A stretch of DNA of 31,297 bases from Planctomycetia bacterium (GCA_005798965.1 SYIB01000062.1:1-31297); one strand, 5' to 3'; shown: positions 1-8,540, numbered from the stretch's first letter. Numbers and translations: made by a program. The notes: generated from the letters alone by a model not told the origin.

Positions 1-957
1 AGCGCCGGTGAGCAGCACACGCGCGCGTGTCCAGTCCTGCGCGTCGAGGCACACCTGCAGCCGCCACTCCATGGCAGCGGAGCGAACGGCCGGAGCGGTG
101 ACCGGATCGTCGCAGAGCTCCAGCCAACGCATCGCATCGCTCGCACCGCCCCGAGGCAGGAGCGCACGCGCCTGCGCCATGCCGACGATCGCCCACGCAT
201 AGACCTCGTTCGACCGCAGGTCCACGCTGACCTCCTCGGGTTTCGGCGTGCGACCATCGATCTCGAGGACCTCGGCCAACGGGCGGATGGCCGATTCGGC
301 GAGGTCCTCGGCACCGCGACCTTCGCCCTGCAACCGAAGCCATGCACCCTGCAGCCTGGACCAAGCCAGGCGCGACCGGAGCAGTTGTTCAAACCCAGGC
401 GGCGTGCGCGAGCCAAGGTCCTCGACCATGGCGCGCGAGAGCGATTCCGCCCTGCTCGCCCAGCCAATCGCCGTGGCCACCTCGGTTGCGGGAACCTCAT
501 CGCCTGCACGCAACCGACCGATCACCTGGCTGCTGGCATCGAGCAGTCGCCCCACACAGGCCATGCCGGGCGCATCCACGTGCACGGCAGCGAACTGGTC
601 GAGGATGCGCTCCAGCCGCTGCGCAAGCGCTTCGGCGAGCTCAGGATCAGCCGCTTCGGCCATGGGCTCGACGACCCGTACGAGGTCACGCGCCACCGCC
701 TCGCGCTCCTCAGGCGTTGTGGCCTCGTCGAACCGGCGTTCGGCCACATGCCAAGAGAGCCGATCGAGCCGGAGCGATCCCGACAATCGCTCGAGCGCCG
801 CCGCGTCGGCATCCAGGCGCTCCTGATCGGCATGCGCCGCGGGTGAGATCATCGCCATCAAAGCGATGAGTGCCGCGCCCAAGCCCCGCACGGCACCGGT
901 GATCCGACGCACACGCGAGCCAGCCAGCGTGCCCGCGTCGTCACCGCGCGGGCGCAT
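1..957 (-). CDS. Secreted alpha-helical (TPR-like) hypothetical protein, 3'-truncated by the window edge
   Basis: Missing from the ORF track because it has no stop in the window. My translation of the open minus frame: MRPRGDDAGTLAGSRVRRITGAVRGLGAALIALMAMISPAAHA-DQERLDADAAALERL...WRLQVCLDAQDWTRARVLLTGA. ATG at 957 follows a strong SD (GGAGGT, 5 nt spacer) and overlaps the exbD stop. Basic N-region, hydrophobic core and AHA cleavage motif indicate a signal peptide. Alternative start GTG 912. Confidence 0.75.
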   Translation of the reverse strand, partial: MRPRGDDAGTLAGSRVRRITGAVRGLGAALIALMAMISPAAHADQERLDADAAALERLSGSLRLDRLSWHVAERRFDEATTPEEREAVARDLVRVVEPMAEAADPELAEALAQRLERILDQFAAVHVDAPGMACVGRLLDASSQVIGRLRAGDEVPATEVATAIGWASRAESLSRAMVEDLGSRTPPGFEQLLRSRLAWSRLQGAWLRLQGEGRGAEDLAESAIRPLAEVLEIDGRTPKPEEVSVDLRSNEVYAWAIVGMAQARALLPRGGASDAMRWLELCDDPVTAPAVRSAAMEWRLQVCLDAQDWTRARVLLTGA

Positions 958-1345
958 ACGCCACCTCCCCGAACCCTGCATCGCTCGCAGCCTGCATCGC
1001 CGCCGCCACCGAGGCCACCGACGCGCTGTCGTGGCCCCGCACGAGCAGGCCGGCCTCCTTGGGCAGCCGCTCCAGGATGGACCGAAGTTCATCACGCGTG
1101 GCGACAGCATTGCTGCCCACGGTGAAGGCTGCGGCCGTGCCACCACGGACCTCGATCACCTGTGGTCGCAGTTCGGTGGCCGTCGAGGCGGCGCGCGCGG
1201 CCAGCGCAGCAGCGAGCTGCTCCTCGCGTCGTTCGACGCCGGTGGTGAAGATGAAGTAGGCCAGGAGCAGGAACGTGGCATCGATCATGCTGGTCATGCT
1301 CAGCACGATGCGACCGCCGCGGCGCCCACCCCGAGCGAACCTCAT
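941..1345 (-). CDS. exbD: ExbD/TolR family biopolymer transport protein (second copy)
   Basis: MRFARGGRRGGRIVLSMTSMIDATFLLLAYFIFTT: single TM helix with the conserved ExbD/TolR Asp. C-terminal 'LLVRGHDSASVASVAAAMQAASDAGFGEVAY' matches the ExbD periplasmic domain. ATG 1345 overlaps the upstream stop (ATGA), so the start was trimmed from 1402. Confidence 0.85.
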   Translation of the reverse strand: MRFARGGRRGGRIVLSMTSMIDATFLLLAYFIFTTGVERREEQLAAALAARAASTATELRPQVIEVRGGTAAAFTVGSNAVATRDELRSILERLPKEAGLLVRGHDSASVASVAAAMQAASDAGFGEVAYAPAR

Positions 1346-1755
1346 CCGCCGCCTCCGGGCGTGGTCGCCAGGCGGATGCCATCGAAGCCTGCTTGCCGGC
1401 ACGCATCGATCACGTCATTCAGCCGGGCACCGGGCGCGCTGCGATCGGCGCGCACCACGGGCACGTGGCGGCCCCGTTCGGCAAGCGATGCGCGCCCGGC
1501 CGTTGTCAGCTCGTCCATCGTCACCGTGCGCCCCGCGAGTTCGCAGCTCCCGTCAGCGCGGATCGAAACGACGAGCCCTGGCCCTGTCGGCGTTGGATCG
1601 GGAGCACCGGCCTCGCGCGGCAGATCGAGCTGCACGCGGTTGGCCTGCGCGATCGCTGCGGTGGTCAGGAAGAAGATGAGCAATTGGAAGACGATGTCGA
1701 TCATCGGCGTCATGTCGATGCCGCCCTCGGTCGCCATCCGACGTGCGAACCTCAT
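1342..1755 (-). CDS. exbD: ExbD/TolR family biopolymer transport protein
   Basis: MRFARRMATEGGIDMTPMIDIVFQLLIFFLTT is the classic ExbD TM signature. C-terminal 'VVRADRSAPGARLNDVIDACRQAGFDGIRL'. ATG 1755 overlaps the exbB stop (ATGA). Confidence 0.92.
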   Translation of the reverse strand: MRFARRMATEGGIDMTPMIDIVFQLLIFFLTTAAIAQANRVQLDLPREAGAPDPTPTGPGLVVSIRADGSCELAGRTVTMDELTTAGRASLAERGRHVPVVRADRSAPGARLNDVIDACRQAGFDGIRLATTPGGGG

Positions 1756-2465
1756 GCACGGCCTCCGCGCCCCTTGGCAGCATGACGCTCGAGCTCGGCC
1801 ACGACGCGGTCGCACTCATCACCCACGAGCGCCACGATCCGAGTGAGCCGCGTGCGGAGGAACGTGTGCAGCGCGATGCAAGGAATGGCCACGCAGAGTC
1901 CCTGGAAGGTGGTGATGAGCGCGATCGAGATGTTCTCGGCGAGCCGCTGGTAGTAGCCCGAATCATTGACGGCGCTCGAGGCCACCGTCTCGAAGGCACC
2001 GATCATGCCCTGCACCGTGCCCAGCAGGCCAAGCAGCGTGGCGATGTTGGCGATCGCAGCGAGCCAGTCGAGGCGCTGTTCGAGCTGCATCGATTCCTCG
2101 CCGCCGGCATCTTCCATGGCGCTGCGGGCTTCGAGCGGACCGAGCGGTCCCTGGCTGGCACGCTTGAGCCCGGCCCGCAGCACGCGACCGGCGAAGCAAT
2201 CGGCATCGGCGAGCTTGAGGCGCTCGAGCGCCCTGCCAAACTGCCCCTGCGATGCCATCGTGTTGATGTCATCCATCAGCGACGAGGGGGCCAGGGACGC
2301 TGCGCGCACATGCACGAGCTGCGCCAACCCAAGGGCGACGGCGATGACGCTCAGGCCGACGATCACGTAGCCAACCACACCACCGCCGGTGATGTAGCGC
2401 AGGTAGGTGGCCGAAGCCTCCTGGGCGAGGAACGGCATGAAGTCGAGGCCAAGGAGCGCATGCAT
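1752..2465 (-). CDS. exbB: MotA/TolQ/ExbB proton channel family protein
   Basis: Motifs 'IANIATLLGLLGTVQGMIGAF' and 'ISIALITTFQGLCVAIP' are the ExbB/TolQ TM2/TM3 with conserved Thr. ATG 2465 is TGATG-coupled to the upstream stop, so the start was trimmed from 2942. Confidence 0.92.
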   Translation of the reverse strand: MHALLGLDFMPFLAQEASATYLRYITGGGVVGYVIVGLSVIAVALGLAQLVHVRAASLAPSSLMDDINTMASQGQFGRALERLKLADADCFAGRVLRAGLKRASQGPLGPLEARSAMEDAGGEESMQLEQRLDWLAAIANIATLLGLLGTVQGMIGAFETVASSAVNDSGYYQRLAENISIALITTFQGLCVAIPCIALHTFLRTRLTRIVALVGDECDRVVAELERHAAKGRGGRA

Positions 2466-3496
2466 CACGGTGAGGGTCCTTCCTGGAGCAATCGGGTCCG
2501 TACGGTCGTAGCGCCGCGAGCATCGCCCGCAGCATCGAGAGCCTGCGCACCGAGTGCGGCGCAGGTCGCGGAAAGCATGGGAATCGCGGCGTCGTCGCAG
2601 GCAACGACGGTCAGGAATTGCTCGGCAGCATCCAGGGCCAGCCGGCGCGCGTCGGCCGAACCCGGCTTCGCATCCCGGGCCTCGGCCATCAGCGACTGGC
2701 CGATGGCCACGCGGCACCAGTGACGGACGGGCGTCTCGGTGCGCGTGAGCATGTCCGCAAGTGCTTCGCGCGCCCGCTGTCGTGCGCTCGATGCTTCGGC
2801 AAGCGCCTCGATCCACTGCTCGAGCACCAGCCGCTCGCGGCGCATGACGTCGTCCTTTGCGGCTCCGCGTGGCGGCTTGGGCGGGGCCTTCGGTGCCACG
2901 CTCGCCTGCCGGGCCGCGACCTCGCGCAAGAGCGCGCACCACGCCACCGCCCGAGGAGCAGCGAAGGGCGCGCCATCAAACGCAGCCCACGCTTCGCGTG
3001 CTTCCTTCGGATCGGCATAGGCCGGGCACAGATCTGCGGGCCACATCGCGATCGCATCATCGGACGAGAGATCGTTCCCCCTCATCAACGCAAGCGATGC
3101 TGCGGTCGCTCGGCCGCAGGCCTGCAACGAGCGAGCCCACTGCAGCCACACCGACTGCACGCACTCGCCGCGCGCGCCGGCCAGCAGCGTGGTCGCGCGC
3201 TCGAACGCCTCGGCCGCGAGTGCGGCATCACCACGGGCCAGCCGCTGGTCGCCGCGACGGGCGGCATCGCCCGCTTCGATCCATGACGACCACGCTGGAT
3301 CGGCGGGCGCGATCGCCCGGACATCGGACCACGCCAGCGAGATGTTGGCCTTGCCTCCCTCGAGCACGATGACGATGCCGCAGGCATCGGCGCGAGATAC
3401 GGTGCCGCGCATGGGGGCGCCGCCCCACGGCGTGCACTCGATCGGGTCGGCGACGAGCATTGCTGCCGCAAGCATGATGGGCACGAGCACCATCAC
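2465..3496 (-). CDS. Secreted hypothetical protein: small N-terminal beta domain plus helical (TPR-like) repeats
   Basis: 343-aa ORF coupled at both ends (GTGA/ATG overlap at 3493-3496, TGATG at 2463-2467). Hydrophobic N-terminus MVLVPIMLAAAMLVA followed by Ala/Leu/Arg-rich amphipathic helices. Start may be ATG 3493. Confidence 0.75.
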   Translation of the reverse strand: MMVLVPIMLAAAMLVADPIECTPWGGAPMRGTVSRADACGIVIVLEGGKANISLAWSDVRAIAPADPAWSSWIEAGDAARRGDQRLARGDAALAAEAFERATTLLAGARGECVQSVWLQWARSLQACGRATAASLALMRGNDLSSDDAIAMWPADLCPAYADPKEAREAWAAFDGAPFAAPRAVAWCALLREVAARQASVAPKAPPKPPRGAAKDDVMRRERLVLEQWIEALAEASSARQRAREALADMLTRTETPVRHWCRVAIGQSLMAEARDAKPGSADARRLALDAAEQFLTVVACDDAAIPMLSATCAALGAQALDAAGDARGATTVRTRLLQEGPSP

Positions 3497-4422
3497 TGCG
3501 GCCCCTCAGGCACGAAGGTGAAGCTGCCCCCGCTTACGGCGGCCACCCGCTGCAGCTGCACCTTGCCAGCGTCGCTGCCGAGCGCAATGCAGTGGATGAC
3601 CGCGGGTCGCCCCGAGGCGTTCAGCGCCAGGATCGCATCGACTTCCTCGGGATTGATCTCGCCGTCGCTGAGGAAGTACACGAGATCCGGCCGCTCGCCC
3701 TGCCCGAAGGCGCGGCGGAACGCGCCGATCGGCGACGTGTCTCCGGATGGACGCATGCCCGCGAGGAACGCCACGAAGTCATCACGCGAGGCGCCACGCA
3801 GCCGGGTGAACGCATCGAAGCCCGGTGGCGAGATGATGGTCGTGTCATAGAACAGCACGCACGCCTTGGCGTAGTCGGGCAGGCCCCAGACGGCCGCCGT
3901 CACTTCTGCCCGCGCCCGATCCATGCGATTGCCGCGGGACATCGATCCGCTCTTGTCCACGATGAAGGCCACGCGGCGACCCGTCCCCTGCACACCGAAG
4001 AACGTGGTGCCACCTCCGCCACCGCCGCCGAAACCATCACCACCGCCAGCGCCCATGCCGGTCCCCGTGCCGAATCCGCTCTCGATCGGGACCGGCGAGC
4101 CCTGGGTGGGCAGCGGCATCGCCTCGGCACTCACGGGCTCGGCTGTGCCGGAGGACTCGAGCGCCGGCATGTCGTCGGCCGACTGGGTCGATGGCTCGGC
4201 AGGCCGCTCAAGCGGAGTGGGCGCCGCGAGCACCACGTCGAAGACCTTGAACTCGGGCTCCGTCGCGACGGGACGAAGGATCGGGATGAGCGCCAGCACG
4301 CCGACCAGCAGCAGGTGGAACGGCACGCTGAAGGCGATCCCGAGCAGGATGGCACGCAACAGCCGGGGCGCACGCACATTCGGCGCGCCACTCTCCTGCC
4401 GTGCTCCTGCAGCCGACTGCAC
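3493..4422 (-). CDS. Membrane-anchored von Willebrand factor A (VWA) domain protein with Pro-rich and Gly-rich linker
   Basis: MIDAS motif DKSGS ('VAFIVDKSGSM'), then 'GDTSP' and 'YFLSDGE'. One N-terminal TM helix (AILLGIAFSVPFHLLLVGVLALI). GTG 4422 has SD AGGAGG with a 6-nt spacer and is preferred over ATG 4482. Confidence 0.88.
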   Translation of the reverse strand: MQSAAGARQESGAPNVRAPRLLRAILLGIAFSVPFHLLLVGVLALIPILRPVATEPEFKVFDVVLAAPTPLERPAEPSTQSADDMPALESSGTAEPVSAEAMPLPTQGSPVPIESGFGTGTGMGAGGGDGFGGGGGGGTTFFGVQGTGRRVAFIVDKSGSMSRGNRMDRARAEVTAAVWGLPDYAKACVLFYDTTIISPPGFDAFTRLRGASRDDFVAFLAGMRPSGDTSPIGAFRRAFGQGERPDLVYFLSDGEINPEEVDAILALNASGRPAVIHCIALGSDAGKVQLQRVAAVSGGSFTFVPEGPQ

Positions 4423-4453
4423 GCGCTTCCTCCTCGTCCGTTGGACACCGTGG

Positions 4454-4466
4454 ATTGTAGTACGCT
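4454..4466. promoter_or_regulatory. Back-to-back putative sigma70 -10 elements: TACAAT (minus, 4454-4459) for the VWA-exbBD operon and TACGCT (plus, 4461-4466) for pyrH
   Basis: TANNNT hexamers on opposite strands in the 62-bp gap between divergent starts (4422 and 4485). Confidence 0.4.
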
Positions 4467-4484
4467 CCGAACGGATCCCCACCC

Positions 4485-5204
4485 ATGGCGAGCCCCTACA
4501 AGCGCATCCTCCTGAAGATCAGCGGCGAGTCGTTGGCCGAGCAAGGCCAGTTCGGGATCTCGGCGGGCGAACTCGCGGTCATCGCCGGCGAAATCGCCGC
4601 AGCCAAGCAGTCCGCGACCTTCGACCTCGCCGTCGTCGTCGGTGGCGGCAACATCATCCGGGGCGCGAAGCTTGCCGCCGCGGGCAAGTTCGACCAGAGC
4701 ACCGCCGACTACATGGGGATGCTGGGCACCGTCATCAATGGCCTGGCGCTCAAGGAAGCCCTGGCGGCTGTCGGCGTCGAGAGCCGCGTCATGAGCGCGA
4801 TCCTGCTGCCTTCCGTGGCTGAGTCGTTCATTCGCCCTCGGGCGCTGCGCCACTTCGAGAAGGACCGAGTGGTCATCCTGACCGCAGGCACGGGCAATCC
4901 GTACTTCACCACCGACACCTGCGCGAGCCTGCGCGCCATCGAACTGAATGCCGATGTCCTGCTCAAGGCCACCAAGGTCGATGGCGTCTACACGGCCGAC
5001 CCGCGCAAGGACCCATCCGCGCGGCGCTACGAATCGCTGACCTTCGGCGAAGCCGTCGAGAAGCAGCTCGGCGTGATGGATCTCACGGCGCTGACCATGT
5101 GCATGGAGCACAAGCTGCCGCTGATCGTCTTCGACTACAAGGTGCCCGGCAACATCACGCGCGCCGTGCGCGGCGAGCCGATCGGCACGCTGGTCAGGGC
5201 CTAG
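4485..5204 (+). CDS. pyrH: Uridylate kinase
   Basis: 'YKRILLKISGESL', 'VVVGGGNIIRG', 'GTGNPYFTTDTCASLRAIE', 'ATKVDGVYTADP'; adjacent to frr. Confidence 0.98.
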   Translation: MASPYKRILLKISGESLAEQGQFGISAGELAVIAGEIAAAKQSATFDLAVVVGGGNIIRGAKLAAAGKFDQSTADYMGMLGTVINGLALKEALAAVGVESRVMSAILLPSVAESFIRPRALRHFEKDRVVILTAGTGNPYFTTDTCASLRAIELNADVLLKATKVDGVYTADPRKDPSARRYESLTFGEAVEKQLGVMDLTALTMCMEHKLPLIVFDYKVPGNITRAVRGEPIGTLVRA

Positions 5205-5253
5205 CGCCACGGCCTGATCCAACGGATCACCACCAAGGACCACGAGGAACACC

Positions 5254-5820
5254 ATGGATCTGGACACCATCCTGCTCGAGTGCGAGGAACGCATGCAGAA
5301 GTCGGTCGACTACCTGCAGCGCGAGCTGCGCGGCCTCCGCACCGGCCGGGCCAGCACGGCCCTGCTCGAGTACGTGAAGGTCGAGTACTACGGCAGCATG
5401 ACCGACCTGCGAGAGCTGGCGGCGATCAGCGTGCCCGAAGCATCGCAGCTGCTCTGCAAGCCCTTCGATCCCAGCGCGAAGGCCGCGATCATCCGTGCGA
5501 TCGAGACCAGCGGCCTGGGCCTCAACCCGCAGGCTGAGGGCAACCAGATCCGCATCAACGTGCCGCCCCCATCGGCCGATCGCCGCAAGCAGCTTGCCGG
5601 CCAGGTGAAGAAGCTTGCCGAGGAGTCGCGCGTGTCGATCCGCAACGAGCGCCGCGACGCGAACAAGTCGATCGACGCGGCCAAGGCCGACCCAAAGATC
5701 AAGGTCAGCGAGGACCAGGCCAAGGGCGCCAAGGAATCCGTCGACGACCTGACCAAGCAGTACACCACGCGCATCGACGAGATGGCCGCGAAGAAGGTCG
5801 CCGAGATCGAGGAGATCTGA
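5254..5820 (+). CDS. frr: Ribosome recycling factor
   Basis: 'LRTGRAS', 'VEYYGS', 'GLGLNPQAEG..IRINVPP', 'RVSIRNERRDAN'; SD GAGG upstream. Confidence 0.98.
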   Translation: MDLDTILLECEERMQKSVDYLQRELRGLRTGRASTALLEYVKVEYYGSMTDLRELAAISVPEASQLLCKPFDPSAKAAIIRAIETSGLGLNPQAEGNQIRINVPPPSADRRKQLAGQVKKLAEESRVSIRNERRDANKSIDAAKADPKIKVSEDQAKGAKESVDDLTKQYTTRIDEMAAKKVAEIEEI

Positions 5821-5827
5821 CCGTCAT

Positions 5828-5850
5828 GCGGATGCCGATCGGCCATCCGC
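5828..5850 (+). other. GC-rich hairpin between frr and nrdR
   Basis: GCGGATG (5828-5834) pairs with CATCCGC (5844-5850). There is no U-tract, so it is not called a terminator. Confidence 0.4.
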
Positions 5851-5875
5851 CCATCCACCGCAGGGAGGCCTGAGC

Positions 5876-6388
5876 ATGCGCTGCCCAAATCCCGACTGCA
5901 CCGCCCCTGACACCAACGTCGTCGACAGTCGCCCCGCCGAAGAAGGCGGCGCAGTCCGGCGGCGACGCGAATGCAAGGCCTGCGGCCGGCGCTTCACGAC
6001 CTTCGAACGCATCGAGCGCGCTGAACGGCTCATGGTGGTCAAGCGCGATGGCTCGCGTGTGGCCTTCGATGGCGAGCGCGTACTCGCCGGCATCCAGCGC
6101 GCGTGCTCCAAACGGCCCATTGAGGCCGCGATCATGGAACGCATCGCCACGCAGGTCGAGGACGAGCTGCACCGGCGATTCACCCGCGAGGTCGACAGCC
6201 CCGAGATCGGCCGATCGGTCGCCGTGAGGCTGCGGGAAGTGGATCCGGTCGCCTACATCCGTTATGCGAGCGTCTACTACGCCTTCCGTTCGGTCGAGGA
6301 CTTCGCCGCAGAGATCACCGCGCTCCAGGAGCGGCCTCCCGTCGGCGACCACCCGACCCTCTTCAACGACGGCAAGCCCAAGTCCTGA
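5876..6388 (+). CDS. nrdR: Transcriptional repressor NrdR
   Basis: Zn-ribbon 'MRCPNPDC...VVDSR...RRRRECKACGRRFTTFER' plus ATP-cone 'VVKRDG...DPVAYIRYASVY'. Confidence 0.96.
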   Translation: MRCPNPDCTAPDTNVVDSRPAEEGGAVRRRRECKACGRRFTTFERIERAERLMVVKRDGSRVAFDGERVLAGIQRACSKRPIEAAIMERIATQVEDELHRRFTREVDSPEIGRSVAVRLREVDPVAYIRYASVYYAFRSVEDFAAEITALQERPPVGDHPTLFNDGKPKS

Positions 6389-6418
6389 TCAGGCCGTGGC
6401 GCGGTACCTTCCGCCCCC

Positions 6419-8509
6419 ATGCCTCGCATCACGCTTCCTGACGGAACCGTCAAGTCCTACGACGCCCCCGTGACCGCCGCGCAGGTCGCCGCCGACATCG
6501 GCGCCGGCCTCGCGAAAGCCGCTCTGGGCGCCAAGGTCGACGGCATCCTCACCGACCTCGCCACCACGCTCGACCGCGACTGCGCGCTGGCCATCGTCAC
6601 CATGAAGCGCCGTGACGGAGGCATCGATCCCGAAGCCATCGCGCTCCTGCGGCACAGTGCGGCGCACGTGATGGCCGAGGCGATCCAGCGGCTCTTCCCC
6701 CTCGTGCGGCTCGTCTACGGGCCGTCGCTCGACACGGGCTTCTACTACGACATGGCCTTCTCCGATGACAAGGTGCCGAGCAGCGATGACTTCGCGCGCA
6801 TCGAGGCTGAGATGGCGAAGATCGTGGCCGAGGATCGCCGCTTCACGCGCTATGACCTGCCGCTGGCGGAGGGCATGACCAAGCTGCGCGGCGAGGGCAG
6901 CAAGTACAAGCTCGACAATGCCGAGCGCGCCGCCGAAGCGGGCAGCACCACGCTGAGCTGGTACGCCACCGGTACGCCTGGCAAGGACTGGGAGGACCTC
7001 TGCCGGGGCCCGCACGTGCCGAGCACGGGCCGTATCGGTGCCTTCAAGGTCATGAGCCTGGCCAGCAGCTACTGGAAGGGCGACGAGACCAGCGACCGCC
7101 TCACGCGCGTCTACGGCACGGCGTTCGCCACCAAGGCCGAGCTCGATGCCCACATGGTCCAGCTTGAAGAGGCCCGCAAGCGCGATCACCGCGTGCTCGG
7201 CAAGCAGCTTCGCCTCTTCCACATCGACGAGATGGTCGGCCAGGGGCTGATCCTCTGGACGCCCAAGGGTTCGATCGTCCGCAACGAACTCCAGAACTTC
7301 ATCGGGGCCGAACTGCGCAAGCAGGGCTACCAGCAGGTCTATACGCCGCACATCGGCAAGCTCGATCTCTACCGCACAAGCGGACATTTCCCCTACTACC
7401 GCGAGAGCCAGTACCCGCCGATCATCGAGCACGACGAGATGGCGCGCTTGGCCTCCGAAGGCTGCACCTGTGCAGACCTGAGCAACCGCATGGCCAAGGG
7501 CGAGGTCGACGGCTACATGCTCAAGCCGATGAATTGCCCGCACCACATCCGCATCTTCGCGAGTGAGCCGCACAGCTACCGTGACCTGCCCGTGCGCCTG
7601 GCGGAGTTCGGCACCGTGTACCGCTGGGAACAGTCCGGGGAGATCGGCGGCATGACGCGCGTACGCGGCTTCACGCAGGACGATGCCCACCTCTTCGTGC
7701 GCGAGGACCAGATCGCGCAGGAAGTGCTCGGCTGCCTCTCGCTCGTGAAGATCATCTTCGCCACGCTCGGTATGAACGAGTACCGCGTGCGCGTGGGCCT
7801 GCGTGATCCTGACAGCGCGAAGTACGTGGGTGACCCGTCGAACTGGGACAAGGCCGAGCAGGCCTGCCGCGACGCGGCGCGCTCGCTGGGCGTCCCGTTC
7901 AGTGAAGATCCCGGCGAGGCCGCCTTCTACGGCCCGAAGATCGACTTCGTCGTGAAGGATGTGATCGGCCGCTCGTGGCAGCTCGGCACCGTGCAGGTCG
8001 ACTACAACCTGCCGATCCGATTCGATCTCTCGTACGCAGGTGCAGACAACCAGCCCCACCGGCCGGTCATGATCCACCGCGCGCCGTTCGGCAGCATGGA
8101 ACGCTTCATCGGCTGCCTCATCGAGCACTTCGCCGGGGCGTTCCCGCTCTGGCTGAGCCCTGAGCAGGTGCGTGTGCTGCCGATCTCCGAGAAGAGCGCG
8201 GCCTACGCCGACGAGCTCTGCGCCGCCCTCAAGGCCCGCGGCATTCGCGCCGAGGCCGACCATTCGAACGAGCGCGTGCAGGCGAAGATCAAGATCGCCG
8301 CCGAGGAGAAGATCCCCTACATGGCCGTCGTGGGCCCGCGCGACGCCGAGAGCCGCGCCGTCAGCGTGCGCGCCCGCGGCACTGAGGCCAACCTCGGCGA
8401 GATGCCCTTTGACGCCTTCGTCGACGGCATCGCGCGCGAGGCGGAAGCGCGCATGCTCTCGGGTGCGCCTGGCTCGGTCCAGGCTTCGTTCGCCGCGCGG
8501 CCAGCCTGA
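6419..8509 (+). CDS. thrS: Threonine--tRNA ligase
   Basis: TGS domain 'ITLPDG', editing-domain 'LRHSAAHVMAEA' and 'DLCRGPHV', 'KPMNCPHH', 'RVRGFTQDDAH', 'AFYGPKID', 'MIHRAPFGSMERF'. Confidence 0.99.
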   Translation: MPRITLPDGTVKSYDAPVTAAQVAADIGAGLAKAALGAKVDGILTDLATTLDRDCALAIVTMKRRDGGIDPEAIALLRHSAAHVMAEAIQRLFPLVRLVYGPSLDTGFYYDMAFSDDKVPSSDDFARIEAEMAKIVAEDRRFTRYDLPLAEGMTKLRGEGSKYKLDNAERAAEAGSTTLSWYATGTPGKDWEDLCRGPHVPSTGRIGAFKVMSLASSYWKGDETSDRLTRVYGTAFATKAELDAHMVQLEEARKRDHRVLGKQLRLFHIDEMVGQGLILWTPKGSIVRNELQNFIGAELRKQGYQQVYTPHIGKLDLYRTSGHFPYYRESQYPPIIEHDEMARLASEGCTCADLSNRMAKGEVDGYMLKPMNCPHHIRIFASEPHSYRDLPVRLAEFGTVYRWEQSGEIGGMTRVRGFTQDDAHLFVREDQIAQEVLGCLSLVKIIFATLGMNEYRVRVGLRDPDSAKYVGDPSNWDKAEQACRDAARSLGVPFSEDPGEAAFYGPKIDFVVKDVIGRSWQLGTVQVDYNLPIRFDLSYAGADNQPHRPVMIHRAPFGSMERFIGCLIEHFAGAFPLWLSPEQVRVLPISEKSAAYADELCAALKARGIRAEADHSNERVQAKIKIAAEEKIPYMAVVGPRDAESRAVSVRARGTEANLGEMPFDAFVDGIAREAEARMLSGAPGSVQASFAARPA

Positions 8510-8540
8510 TGCCGGTCGAGCCGACGCCCGGAGCAGCGAT

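Noticed and set aside
1752-2942. ORF-track N-terminal extensions of exbB, exbD, rpoA, argB, argJ, rplF, rplE, rpmC and the VWA gene
   Set aside because: The extensions overlap neighbouring genes or lack an SD. Downstream starts with SD or coupled stop/start overlaps match the family N-termini.
6389-8263. 624-aa antisense ORF opposite thrS, and similar long antisense ORFs (11079-13037, 14216-15856, 8626-10149, 4131-5294, 23040-24506)
   Set aside because: They mirror well-conserved genes. Long stop-free antisense frames are expected with high-GC codon bias, and they have no recognisable motifs.
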